A model generated the notes under the pieces. The model did no database searches. It saw only the letters and a list, made by a program, of their open reading frames with translations, and was not told the DNA's origin. From Ignavibacteria bacterium (GTDB lineage: Bacteria; Bacteroidota; Ignavibacteria; Ignavibacteriales; Ignavibacteriaceae): a DNA stretch of 59,156 nt. The stretch's first letter is position 1, and each line of letters starts with the position of its first letter. Both the position numbers and the translations under genes were made by a program. The stretch covers positions 1 to 59,156 of the forward strand of contig DRJC01000200.1 of NCBI GenBank assembly GCA_011052365.1, written 5' to 3'. This document shows, in pieces, positions 25,251 through 34,385 of the stretch.

Positions 25251-26432
25251 CTATTTCTTAGTTGTATAAATTATTTCTAATCTTGGTCTGTCAGCTAAAA
25301 CCGGTGCATTACTGCCTTTTAATACAAATAAATCGACTCCGTTAATTCCCTCAACGGGTGCTAAAAGCATCCCTTCATTTTTACCGGTATTTAACCAAGT
25401 TTGAACAAATGATGTAATTAACCCGGAATAAGTATTTCCATTAGGAGTTAGATTTTTTTGAGTCAGGGTTGAATCAATAACTTTTGTAGTACTATCAACA
25501 ATATTACTTACTAAAATTGCATCTACTAAATTTGTTCCTTTAATTGTTAACATAGAATCGGATGTAAGAAAAAGTCTTGCCCTGTTAATAATAGCATTCT
25601 TGGGTAAAGATGAGATATCAAACCAGAGCTTTGAATTTATAACAAACCCGGATTGCAAAGCCATCTCTCCTGAGCCTATCGCCGGTAAATTTCCGTAGAC
25701 TATACTTACATCAGCTTCGGGGGTAAATTTTAAAGTATCCGTGTAAACACCCGGTTTATTTATTATCACGTGTAATTCAGGTTGATTGATTGAAAATGAA
25801 GTCTTCGCCTGGAAGCCAAGTACCTTTTGAGAAATTGGAGACGATTCTACATAAAGACCTTTATTGCTTTTCAAAGAAGTATCAATTACAGATTGGAACC
25901 AAGATTTAATAAGATTTACATCAAGATTAAATGTCTTTATTGAATCAGTTAGATTTAATGCGGAACTTACGTTTGCAAAATCATACATCAAATTCGGTAA
26001 ACTATCGGATGTAAACCCAATTGAAGACCAATCCGAAGTGACTTTGTGTGCTGTTATTGCAAAGGCAGCCGAACTGTCACCATATTGATAAGTATTAATT
26101 AATTTAACCTTAGCTTCTGTAATGATTACGGCTCCTGATGAAATACCCGTTTTTATAGAGTCGGCTAAAGGAAGTATAAATTTGATTAAGAATGATGCGT
26201 TAACGTTATCTTTTTTTCCAACAAGTAAGTTCTGTGAAGCACCGAGAGGCGTTACTGTCTTAAATGTTGTTGAAATTTGTGCAACGGAATCTTTAGTAGT
26301 ATTAAGTGTATCTAAGACTATAAAATCTGAACTTAAGATATCAACACCAAAATTTTTTGGCGCATCACTGCACGACGATAATTGAAAAAAAACAATACCG
26401 GTTAACAAAATTAAGAATAGTCGTTTAGTCAA
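25251..26432 (-). CDS. Lipoprotein of unknown function (possibly DUF4270-like)
   Basis: Lipobox QLSSCSD; Ser/Thr/Asn-rich beta protein. I recall that DUF4270 proteins sit next to glgA in Bacteroidetes, but this was not verified. Confidence 0.4.
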   Translation of the reverse strand: MTKRLFLILLTGIVFFQLSSCSDAPKNFGVDILSSDFIVLDTLNTTKDSVAQISTTFKTVTPLGASQNLLVGKKDNVNASFLIKFILPLADSIKTGISSGAVIITEAKVKLINTYQYGDSSAAFAITAHKVTSDWSSIGFTSDSLPNLMYDFANVSSALNLTDSIKTFNLDVNLIKSWFQSVIDTSLKSNKGLYVESSPISQKVLGFQAKTSFSINQPELHVIINKPGVYTDTLKFTPEADVSIVYGNLPAIGSGEMALQSGFVINSKLWFDISSLPKNAIINRARLFLTSDSMLTIKGTNLVDAILVSNIVDSTTKVIDSTLTQKNLTPNGNTYSGLITSFVQTWLNTGKNEGMLLAPVEGINGVDLFVLKGSNAPVLADRPRLEIIYTTKK

Positions 26433-27008
26433 TTATGACACTCCCAAAAAATCATTCTGAATAAAATTAAAAGAATCCAATAAATTTTGAGCAACAAAAC
26501 TGGGTAAATTATTTTGCATTTTCAAGACATCTAAAGATTTTTTTCCGTTTCCGGTTTTTACTAAAATTGTTTTTAATCCGGCATTCTTACCACACTCAAT
26601 ATCAGTAACCATATCACCTATAAAATATGATTTACTTAAATCGATATTATGATCTTTTGCGGCTTCTTTAATCAGCTTTGTTGAGGGTTTACGACACCGA
26701 CATTCTTCCTCGCTACTGAACTCAGGATGATAAGGACAATAATAAAAATCATCAATCTGTACGTTAAATTTCTGTAATAATTCGTTTATTTTATTGTTGA
26801 TGTTTTTTACCATCTCGTCGGTCAAAATTCCTCGTGCAATTCCAGATTGATTTGAAATAACAATTAATTTAAGATTACATCTTTTTTTTAATAATGAAAG
26901 CCCTTCCCCTGCACCTGGTAATAAAACAACTTTATTTGAATCACCAAGATACCCAGGATCTTCATTTATAGTTCCATCTCTATCGAGAAAAATAGCATAG
27001 TTAGGCAT
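26433..27008 (-). CDS. gmhB: HAD-IIIA phosphatase, D-glycero-D-manno-heptose 1,7-bisphosphate phosphatase-like
   Basis: FLDRDGTIN (motif I), SNQSG, Zn loop CPYHPE...CRCRKP, GDMVTDIECGKNAG. Confidence 0.8.
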   Translation of the reverse strand: MPNYAIFLDRDGTINEDPGYLGDSNKVVLLPGAGEGLSLLKKRCNLKLIVISNQSGIARGILTDEMVKNINNKINELLQKFNVQIDDFYYCPYHPEFSSEEECRCRKPSTKLIKEAAKDHNIDLSKSYFIGDMVTDIECGKNAGLKTILVKTGNGKKSLDVLKMQNNLPSFVAQNLLDSFNFIQNDFLGVS

Positions 27009-28501
27009 TAATTGCTATTAAGAATTGTTTTATAAAGATCGATATATTTTTTTGCGGACGATTTCCAGCTAAAATCAGATTTCATACCGGCTTTCATAAT
27101 CTTCTGCCATATTTTTTTATCTTTATAAATATTCACTGCTCTCTTTATTTCTTTAAGCATTTCCTCAGCGTTATATTTTTTAAACATAAAGCCATTGCCA
27201 TCACCTTTATTCTCATCATATCTTATAACAGTATCTGCCAATCCCCCGGTTTCTCTTACAATTGGAACGGTTCCGTAAACCAAACTATACATTTGGTTTA
27301 AACCGCAAGGCTCATATTGAGAGGGCATCAAAAACATATCGGCACCACTTTCAATAATATGAGCTAATTCATCATTAAAGCCTAAATAACATGCAAATTT
27401 ACCTTCATATTTTGAACTCATTTTATTAAAGAAGGTATGGTATTTTTGATCACCGGTTCCAAGTAAGACCATTTGTATATTTAATTTCATAATTTCTGCA
27501 AAGGCTTTTTTAATTAGGTCAAAACCTTTAGCGTCATACATTCTAGCAATAATACCAATGATCGGGATTTCATCACTAACTTCAAAATTAAATTTTTCAG
27601 CCAATACTTCTTTATTAATTCTTTTAGCGTCCAGGTTTTTAATTGTATATTTTTTCTTTATATGTTTATCTTTTTCAGGGTTCCATACTTTAAAGTCAAT
27701 TCCGTTAACAATTCCGTAAAGATCATCTTTACGTTTCGCTAAAATATCTTTAAGCCCTGCACCGTATTCATCGTCTGTCCTAATTTCTTCAGCATAAGTT
27801 TTACTAACTGTATTTATTACATCTGCATAAAGCAGACCGCTTTTCATTAAATTTATTTTTCCGTTTTTCAATAAGCCGGATTCTGAATTTAATTTTTCAT
27901 CCAAGCCAAAAGTATTAAATGCAGATTTTTTAAACTCACCCTGATAAGCTAAATTGTGAATTGTAAATAGAGTTTTAAACTTTGAAAATAATTCATCATC
28001 TTTATATAGAGTTTTAAGATAAGCAGGTATTAAAGCTGTCTGCCAATCATTGCAGTGAATTAAATCCGGTTCCCAGCCAAGTTTACTAATAAGTTCAAAA
28101 ACAGATTTTGAAAGTAATGTAAATCTTTCGTCATTATCGGAATATTCTTTACCGGTAAGTGGGTCTGAGTATAAACTGTTTCTACTTCTAAAATATTCTT
28201 CGTTATCAAGAAAATAAATCTGTACTCTAACTCTTTGCCCCGGCAAGAAACAAGATTTTATTGAGAAAGTTACGTCTTTATCTCCAATTTTTACTTGCAG
28301 ATCTTTTAGTCTTACAACTTCATGTATTTTATATTTTCTATCATCTACTGCACCATATTTCGGTACAACAATTCTAACTTCGTGCCCCATTTCGGCTAAC
28401 ATTTGAGGAAGGGCAGCAGAAACATCCGCTAATCCCCCCGTTTTAACAAACGGAACAACTTCTGAAGTAACAAATAGAATTTTATATTTTTTTGCAGCCA
28501 T
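27008..28501 (-). CDS. glgA: Glycogen/starch synthase (GT5)
   Basis: FVTSEVVPFVKTGGLADV N-terminal motif, ~497 aa, C-terminal ...VRETGGLADTV. Confidence 0.93.
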   Translation of the reverse strand: MAAKKYKILFVTSEVVPFVKTGGLADVSAALPQMLAEMGHEVRIVVPKYGAVDDRKYKIHEVVRLKDLQVKIGDKDVTFSIKSCFLPGQRVRVQIYFLDNEEYFRSRNSLYSDPLTGKEYSDNDERFTLLSKSVFELISKLGWEPDLIHCNDWQTALIPAYLKTLYKDDELFSKFKTLFTIHNLAYQGEFKKSAFNTFGLDEKLNSESGLLKNGKINLMKSGLLYADVINTVSKTYAEEIRTDDEYGAGLKDILAKRKDDLYGIVNGIDFKVWNPEKDKHIKKKYTIKNLDAKRINKEVLAEKFNFEVSDEIPIIGIIARMYDAKGFDLIKKAFAEIMKLNIQMVLLGTGDQKYHTFFNKMSSKYEGKFACYLGFNDELAHIIESGADMFLMPSQYEPCGLNQMYSLVYGTVPIVRETGGLADTVIRYDENKGDGNGFMFKKYNAEEMLKEIKRAVNIYKDKKIWQKIMKAGMKSDFSWKSSAKKYIDLYKTILNSN

Positions 28502-28780
28502 AATTTTTCTAAAATTTTTTTTAGGAATATCGAAATTTACAAAAAAATAGTCTCTTACTCAAAAATTTGTTTGCTTTTTATTTCACTTTACTTATATTAA
28601 TTAGTTCTGTTATCATATTTCGATTGGCATACCCTTCATCTCTATTATTAAATAGTTATACTTCTTTGTCACGGAGCTGTCACCGAAAAAAAAACGGGCA
28701 GGTATGTCAGCCAAGAAGAAAAGTTATTCCCTTAGGCGACTCAACGAATCGTCTCTACTGATATTTTAATATTTTTTAGC

Positions 28781-28859
28781 AACCTCCGATGTTACATCTT
28801 TTATATTCCTAATCATACTTTATCAAATCGTTTACTTAATTTGGAAAACATCGGAGGTT
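28781..28859. repeat. Perfect 13-bp inverted repeat flanking a 53-nt AT-rich spacer
   Basis: AACCTCCGATGTT (28781-28793) and AACATCGGAGGTT (28847-28859). Confidence 0.8.
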
Positions 28860-28902
28860 ATTAATACAATTTTTCATTCCAAAATCGACATAGACAGATT
28901 GT

Positions 28903-29003
28903 TTTGTAAAGCGAGCAGGTTTACCTTGACGTTTGTAAAGCGAGCAGGTTGCTCGCTCAAAAAGAGCTGAAAAATAAGCGACGAACCTCGTCGCTCTACA
29001 AAG
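28903..29003. repeat. Short repeat family: two direct 19-nt copies plus one inverted partial copy, with associated GC-rich hairpins
   Basis: TTTGTAAAGCGAGCAGGTT occurs at 28903-28921 and 28932-28950. An inverted relative, CTTTGTAGAGCGAC, is the reverse complement of 28990-29003. Hairpins AGCGAGCA-ggt-TGCTCGCT (28939-28957) and GCGACGA-acc-TCGTCGC (28978-28994). Confidence 0.8.
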
Positions 29004-29091
29004 TTACAATTACATTTTGGAATTACTTTGACACTTGTCAAGATTTCTTATATGTTTTGAACCTATATCAATTAAAAATTTGTATCTATTT

Positions 29092-29616
29092 ATGCGTAAA
29101 GTTTTATCGACATGTTTGTTGTTTTTGATACCTTTAATCTTGCTAAATTCTTGTGGTTCTTCTACCGAAATAAGTAAAAAGAATAAAACCGTTAAAAAAA
29201 CAAATAAAAAAATGAGCATTAAAAACATTAAAGAAGACTTCATTATTACGCCTTACAGAACAAAGATAAAAGTTAAACCTAATACCAATACAACTCAATC
29301 TTCACATCTCAATATTTGGTACGGTTATAATAATAATTTTTCAACCGACACTTCAAATGTTATTAAAAAAACAACAGGTTTTAGAGTTCAAATTTTGTCA
29401 ACTGATAACCTTGAACAAGCAAGAAGAATGAAGAATAGAGTTCTACCAAAAATAAGTCAGAAACATGTTCACATTTTATTTGACCCTCCTTTTTATAAAG
29501 TACAAATCGGTGATTTTACTGTTCATTCATTAGCTGAAGATTTAACTTTCAAATTAAAACAGTTGGGTTATAACTATGCAAGAATAGTTAGAGAAAAAAT
29601 AAACCATTATCGCTAA
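29092..29616 (+). CDS. SPOR-domain lipoprotein (peptidoglycan-binding)
   Basis: MRKVLSTCLLFLIPLILLNSCGS lipobox. C-terminal GFRVQILSTDNLEQARRM...YKVQIGDF... is a SPOR fold pattern. Start moved from 29035 to ATG 29092. Confidence 0.7.
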   Translation: MRKVLSTCLLFLIPLILLNSCGSSTEISKKNKTVKKTNKKMSIKNIKEDFIITPYRTKIKVKPNTNTTQSSHLNIWYGYNNNFSTDTSNVIKKTTGFRVQILSTDNLEQARRMKNRVLPKISQKHVHILFDPPFYKVQIGDFTVHSLAEDLTFKLKQLGYNYARIVREKINHYR

Positions 29617-29634
29617 CACAAATATGAAATTCTA

Positions 29635-30885
29635 ATGCATCGGCTAATTTTAAATCCATCACAAATAATAACGGCAGATACAAACGGTGTAGGATACAAG
29701 AGAGGTAATGATTTAAACAAAATTGAGCTGATCGAAAACCATTCAATAGTTATTGAAAAAGATATTATCAAAGATTTTGTACCAAACACTTCCGTTAATA
29801 AAAATCAATTTGACGAAATTATTAATGCAGAAGATAATATTGTATTGCCTGGATTAGTTGAATGCCACACACATCTTGTTTTCTCAGGGTCACGTGCAGA
29901 TGAATTTAAACAAAAGTTAGCTGGAGTTTCTTACGAAGACATTTTTAGAAACGGTGGAGGAATAAACAAAACCGTTAACTCCGTAAGGGAAACGTCCTTT
30001 ACGGAATTGATTAATATTGCTTCTAAAAGAGTTCAGCATTTTATTGAACAGGGTGTTACTACTTTAGAAATTAAAAGCGGTTACGGACTTGATTTTGAAA
30101 ACGAGATAAAACTTTTAAAAGTAATCAATCACCTTAATGATAAATTCCCCATTGATATTCTTTCAACATTTTTAGGCGCACATACAATCCCAAAAGAATT
30201 TTCTTCCAATCGAAACGGATATATAAAATTAATTATTGATAAAATGCTACCGGCTGTGAGCAAAGAAAAACTTGCTGACACCTGCGATGCTTTTTGTGAA
30301 TCCACTGCATTTACAAAAGATGAAGTTGATTTGATTTTTAATAAAGCAAATGAATTGGGATTGAGATGCAAACTTCATACAGATCAATTTAACAGCATCG
30401 GCGGAATTGATGCGGCTATAAAAAATAATGCAATTAGCGTAGACCATTTAGAAGTAATACCCGACGACGAAATTTCAAAACTTTCCAATATAGAAATGGT
30501 TTGTGTTTTATTGCCGGGGGTATCTTATTTTCTTAATCATAAATATGCACCAGCTGAAAAACTGATTGATAATAATGCAATAATAGCTTTGGCAACAGAT
30601 TTTAATCCGGGTTCTTCCAATATTTCCAACATCAGTTTTATAATGAGTTTGGCGGCAGTAAAATTGGGAATGAGCATCGAACAGATAATTTCAGCTTATA
30701 CAATCAATTCCGCGAAAGCACTAAATTTAAGTGATAAATTGGGAAGTTTAGAAATAGGAAAGCAGGCTGATTTCTCGATTTATGATACAAATAATTACGC
30801 TGATTTAATTTATCAAACGACAGAAAATTTAAACATAAAAACAATCAAAAAAGGTAAAATTATTTTTGATAAAAACGGAGGATAA
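29635..30885 (+). CDS. hutI: Imidazolonepropionase
   Basis: LPGLVECHTHLVFSG metal-binding motif, amidohydrolase fold, ...ATDFNPGSS. Confidence 0.9.
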   Translation: MHRLILNPSQIITADTNGVGYKRGNDLNKIELIENHSIVIEKDIIKDFVPNTSVNKNQFDEIINAEDNIVLPGLVECHTHLVFSGSRADEFKQKLAGVSYEDIFRNGGGINKTVNSVRETSFTELINIASKRVQHFIEQGVTTLEIKSGYGLDFENEIKLLKVINHLNDKFPIDILSTFLGAHTIPKEFSSNRNGYIKLIIDKMLPAVSKEKLADTCDAFCESTAFTKDEVDLIFNKANELGLRCKLHTDQFNSIGGIDAAIKNNAISVDHLEVIPDDEISKLSNIEMVCVLLPGVSYFLNHKYAPAEKLIDNNAIIALATDFNPGSSNISNISFIMSLAAVKLGMSIEQIISAYTINSAKALNLSDKLGSLEIGKQADFSIYDTNNYADLIYQTTENLNIKTIKKGKIIFDKNGG

Positions 30886-30887
30886 TT

Positions 30888-31904
30888 TTGAAAATTATTG
30901 AGTGTGTACCAAATTTCAGTGAGGGAAAAAGAAACGAAACTTTTGATGCAATAAGGGATTCGTTAAACAAAACCGAAGGTGTTAAATTATTAAACTTAGA
31001 ACCCGATGCCGACTATAATAGAGTTGTTGTTACTTTAGCCGGAGATGAAAACGGCATAATAGAAGGTGCATTAAATGCCTGTAAAGCAGCAGCAGAAAAT
31101 ATTGATATGCGTAACCAAAAAGGTGAGCATCCCCGACTTGGTGCAATAGACGTGGTTCCATTTATACCGGTTAAAAATGTTACGACTGAAGATTGTGTAA
31201 GAATTTCAGAAGAGTTCGGTAAGCGCGTTGCTCAAGAATTAAATCTGCCTGTGTATTTATACGAAGCATCGGCAAGAAAACCGGAGAGACGGAATCTTTC
31301 AAATATTCGTAAGGGTGAATACGAAGGACTTGAAGAAAAATTAAAAGATGAGCAATGGGCACCGGATTTTGGTGAAGCTGTTTTTAATCCTAAGCTTGGT
31401 GCATTAGTTACAGGTGCAAGATTTTTTTTAATTGCGTATAATGTTAATATAAAATCTACCGATACAAAATATTCAAAAGAAATAGCAGAAGTTTTAAGAG
31501 AATCCGGTAAACCTAAAAGAAACGAAGAAGGTAAAATTATTAAAGTGGAAGGTAAAACCGTTCGCATTCCCGGCAGATTGAAAAACGTAAAAGGTATGGG
31601 TGTTGCACTCGAGAAACATAATATAACCCAGGTTTCGATGAACTTAACAAACTACACCGTTACCCCGATGCACGTTGCATTTGAAGAAGTTAAGAAAGAG
31701 GCGGATAGACTCGGAGTTGAAGTTATGGGTAGTGAAGTTGTCGGTTTGGTACCTTTGGACGCAATGTTATTAGCAGGGAAATATTATTCCGAAAACGAAT
31801 CGGCAACAGAAGATGAATTGGTAGACCTAACAATTGAAAAGTTGGGACTTAACAGCATTACGCCGTTTGAAAAGAATAAAAAAATTATTGAATATATGAT
31901 TTAA
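30888..31904 (+). CDS. ftcD: Glutamate formimidoyltransferase (FTCD N-terminal-type)
   Basis: KIIECVPNFSEGKR N-terminus is characteristic. TTG start with GGAGGA SD 6 nt upstream. Confidence 0.88.
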   Translation: MKIIECVPNFSEGKRNETFDAIRDSLNKTEGVKLLNLEPDADYNRVVVTLAGDENGIIEGALNACKAAAENIDMRNQKGEHPRLGAIDVVPFIPVKNVTTEDCVRISEEFGKRVAQELNLPVYLYEASARKPERRNLSNIRKGEYEGLEEKLKDEQWAPDFGEAVFNPKLGALVTGARFFLIAYNVNIKSTDTKYSKEIAEVLRESGKPKRNEEGKIIKVEGKTVRIPGRLKNVKGMGVALEKHNITQVSMNLTNYTVTPMHVAFEEVKKEADRLGVEVMGSEVVGLVPLDAMLLAGKYYSENESATEDELVDLTIEKLGLNSITPFEKNKKIIEYMI

Positions 31905-32016
31905 CATTTATCCACAGAAGCTTTAGCGTAGGTGGAATTAACAAATAGAAATATATGAAAAATTTAAAAATGTCATTATAGAATAATTTTAATAACAAAA
32001 AATAAGAGAACAAAAA

Positions 32017-32646
32017 ATGGATTACACAATAACACTAAATGATTATTTAGAAAGTATATCATCAAAAGCCCCTACACCGGGCGGGGGAAATGTTTCTGCA
32101 TTCAGCGGAGTATTAGCTGCAAGTTTATCAATAATGGTCTGCAATCTTACCATTGGAAAAAAGAAATATGTTGATGTGGAATCAGAGATGGTAGAAATAA
32201 AAAATAATTTGGAAAATCTTAAAAATAGATTCTCCGAATTAGCAGATGAAGACAACAAAGCATTTGACAAGGTAATGGAAGCTTTTAAATTGCCAAAAGA
32301 AACCGACGAAGAAAAACTTGAAAGAACCGCAAAAATAGACGAAGCTACTCTTGGTGCGGCGGAAGTTCCCTCAGAGGTTGTAAATGTATGCAAAAAAATT
32401 CTTCCAAATATTAAAACCATTGTTATCAAAGGAAATCAGAATTCACTTTCAGATGCAGGTGTTGCTGCTTCTCTTGTAAACACTGCTGCCGAAGGTGCGT
32501 TCTTAAATGTTTTGATTAATTGTACTTCCTTATCCAACCGGACTTTAGGTAATGAATTTTTGAAAAGAGCAGAAATAATTTATGAAGAAGTAAAAAAATC
32601 TTGTGCTGAAATAAGTAAACTTGTTAATAATAAATTGAGAAGTTAA
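32017..32646 (+). CDS. Formiminotetrahydrofolate cyclodeaminase / cyclohydrolase family protein
   Basis: SKAPTPGGGNVSAFSGVLAASL motif of the FTCD C-terminal family. Confidence 0.85.
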   Translation: MDYTITLNDYLESISSKAPTPGGGNVSAFSGVLAASLSIMVCNLTIGKKKYVDVESEMVEIKNNLENLKNRFSELADEDNKAFDKVMEAFKLPKETDEEKLERTAKIDEATLGAAEVPSEVVNVCKKILPNIKTIVIKGNQNSLSDAGVAASLVNTAAEGAFLNVLINCTSLSNRTLGNEFLKRAEIIYEEVKKSCAEISKLVNNKLRS

Positions 32647-32684
32647 ATCTTTTATGTAGAGGCGTATTTTAATATGTCTCTACT

Positions 32685-34385
32685 TTATTTTTTAAAAAAA
32701 TCAAAAATCACATCTGTTTGCATCCATCTCGGTTTTAATTTTAAAGTAGGTTTGAGATATGAAAATTTTTCACTCGGTTTAAAAGGTACAGCGGTACCAA
32801 AACTATACTCCCCGTTTTTATCTGAATCTATAAAACTCCAAAGTTTATAACTTCCCGAGACCACCCTGTTAAAAATAAATTTTCTGTCTGTTCTTAAAAG
32901 TTGTTTGTAAGTCTTTTTGCTTTTATCTATCCCGCTTAAAATAATATAAACAGGGTCTTCTGTATTTAGATTTTTTATTTCGCCGGAAACACCGGAAAAG
33001 TTCAGTCCATTAATCGTTGTAAATTTATATACATAATCCGAGTCGGCAGATGCACGGTTTTTGTTTCTAATCTTTGAAAGATTGATTATTATTTCATAAT
33101 CTTTTACAGGTAATAAGTCAATATCGGCTTTAACTGAAAACGAAGCATCATCAAAAAAATTTATGCTGAATGGAATTTTATTGCTGTTTGCATCCGTAAA
33201 ATCTATCCCGGATTTAGCAGTTGAAGTATCAAAATAATCGGAGAAATAAAATTCAAACTTTTGTCCGACATAATCTGCTTCACTATCCCCCAAAGGAGGA
33301 AAGGTAGTAATCAAATCCGGCTTTGAAGTATCTTCTCTATCGCTATAGATTAAACTTACAAAATCTTTTTCAGTTGTATTGCCTTGTACATCTTTTAAAT
33401 TTGAAGCAGTTAAAAATAAGTTCGACTTACTATCTAATTGGTTATCATTAATTAAAATCACTTGATTTTTTTTAGGATACTTCCTATAAATGTTTTTGAA
33501 AGAAAACATCTTATTTTGTGTGGAATCTATAATAGAAAAATTACCTAATTTCACAGAAGATTGGGCTAAATCTTCCGTAAAATCTACAACAATGTGTGTA
33601 CGATCCGTCATGATTGCCTTCATTATTCTTGGAGGTTCGGAATCGATCTTTGTCAATTTGAAATTTACATTCTTAACCGTAGTATCATTTTTTGTAAAGG
33701 TGATGTCATCATTGCTTATCCCAATTTCATCCTGTTTTGGTTGGAATAAAAAATCTTTAAATTTATCCCGGACAGCTAATATTCTGAATTTACCGGCTGA
33801 TACCCCATCAAGTTTATATGAACCGCTTTTCCCGGTTTGTGTAATATAGTCCGGTTTAACTGTGCGGGGGTCCAAAGTATCGTCTTTTATTTTATAAGCA
33901 TAAATCATTACACCGGAAGGATTATCATCAAAAACCTTTCCACCGATTGATCTTTTATCTATTTCATTACCTGTAGAAAATGTTAAAGAAAAAGATTGAG
34001 CCATTTTGTTTCGATTATGAACATCAGCAACATCTGTCCCAATAGTTACTACGTAAGTTGTATTAGCTTTTAATTTTGTGGGGAATTCAATAGTGACATT
34101 TGTTCCGCTCCAACTGTATTGCAACTCACCGTCAATTTGTGGTGAAATAAAAACCGCTTCTTTGAAAGATCTTTTTTCAACATATTCAGAAAAGTCAAAG
34201 CTAATATTATCATCCGAAAAATTAATTGTTCCATTTGGCGGATAGGATTCTTCAATTTTTGGAGGTGTTTTATCTACCTCTCCCCCACTCGGCGGCAACT
34301 GTATTGCACAACCTGATAAAAACAAAAGAATCAAAAAAATGATTATGATTTTTGTTTTGCCTTTCTCTTTTGCTGTCTTACCCAT
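32685..34385 (-). CDS. Ig-like (Big_5/SbsA-type) domain lipoprotein
   Basis: Lipobox FLSGCA. PPKIEESYPPNGTINFSDDNISFDFSEYV repeated-type Ig-like modules. The 5' end overlaps mltG by 43 nt. Confidence 0.6.
   Translation of the reverse strand: MGKTAKEKGKTKIIIIFLILLFLSGCAIQLPPSGGEVDKTPPKIEESYPPNGTINFSDDNISFDFSEYVEKRSFKEAVFISPQIDGELQYSWSGTNVTIEFPTKLKANTTYVVTIGTDVADVHNRNKMAQSFSLTFSTGNEIDKRSIGGKVFDDNPSGVMIYAYKIKDDTLDPRTVKPDYITQTGKSGSYKLDGVSAGKFRILAVRDKFKDFLFQPKQDEIGISNDDITFTKNDTTVKNVNFKLTKIDSEPPRIMKAIMTDRTHIVVDFTEDLAQSSVKLGNFSIIDSTQNKMFSFKNIYRKYPKKNQVILINDNQLDSKSNLFLTASNLKDVQGNTTEKDFVSLIYSDREDTSKPDLITTFPPLGDSEADYVGQKFEFYFSDYFDTSTAKSGIDFTDANSNKIPFSINFFDDASFSVKADIDLLPVKDYEIIINLSKIRNKNRASADSDYVYKFTTINGLNFSGVSGEIKNLNTEDPVYIILSGIDKSKKTYKQLLRTDRKFIFNRVVSGSYKLWSFIDSDKNGEYSFGTAVPFKPSEKFSYLKPTLKLKPRWMQTDVIFDFFKK

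Noticed and set aside
28650-28760. Possible glycine riboswitch or SRP (4.5S) RNA, because of the strings TCACCGAAAAA...CGGGCAGG and GTCAGCCAAGAAG.
   Set aside because: - Only short fragments resemble the consensus (CACCGAAGGGGCAA for the glycine riboswitch, GGAA-tetraloop/AGCAGCC for SRP domain IV).
- The required helices and conserved loops could not be drawn.
28567-28761. A 64-aa ORF in the large glgA-SPOR intergenic region.
   Set aside because: - It has a TTG start with no Shine-Dalgarno and no recognisable motif.
- It overlaps sequence that looks more like structured RNA or repeats.
- It is kept only as part of the intergenic finding.
28903-28950. The direct repeats, considered as a possible degenerate CRISPR array.
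   Set aside because: - There are only two 19-nt copies with a 10-nt spacer.
- There are no cas genes.
- The repeat length and spacing are wrong for CRISPR.
34343-34385. A 43-nt overlap between the mltG 3' end and the Ig-like lipoprotein 5' end, and a 20-nt overlap between chorismate mutase and mltG. These were considered as a possible frameshift or fusion.
   Set aside because: - Both downstream genes have plausible starts, and each product has its own signal or TM sequence.
- Overlaps of this size are common in compact operons.
- There is no slippery sequence.
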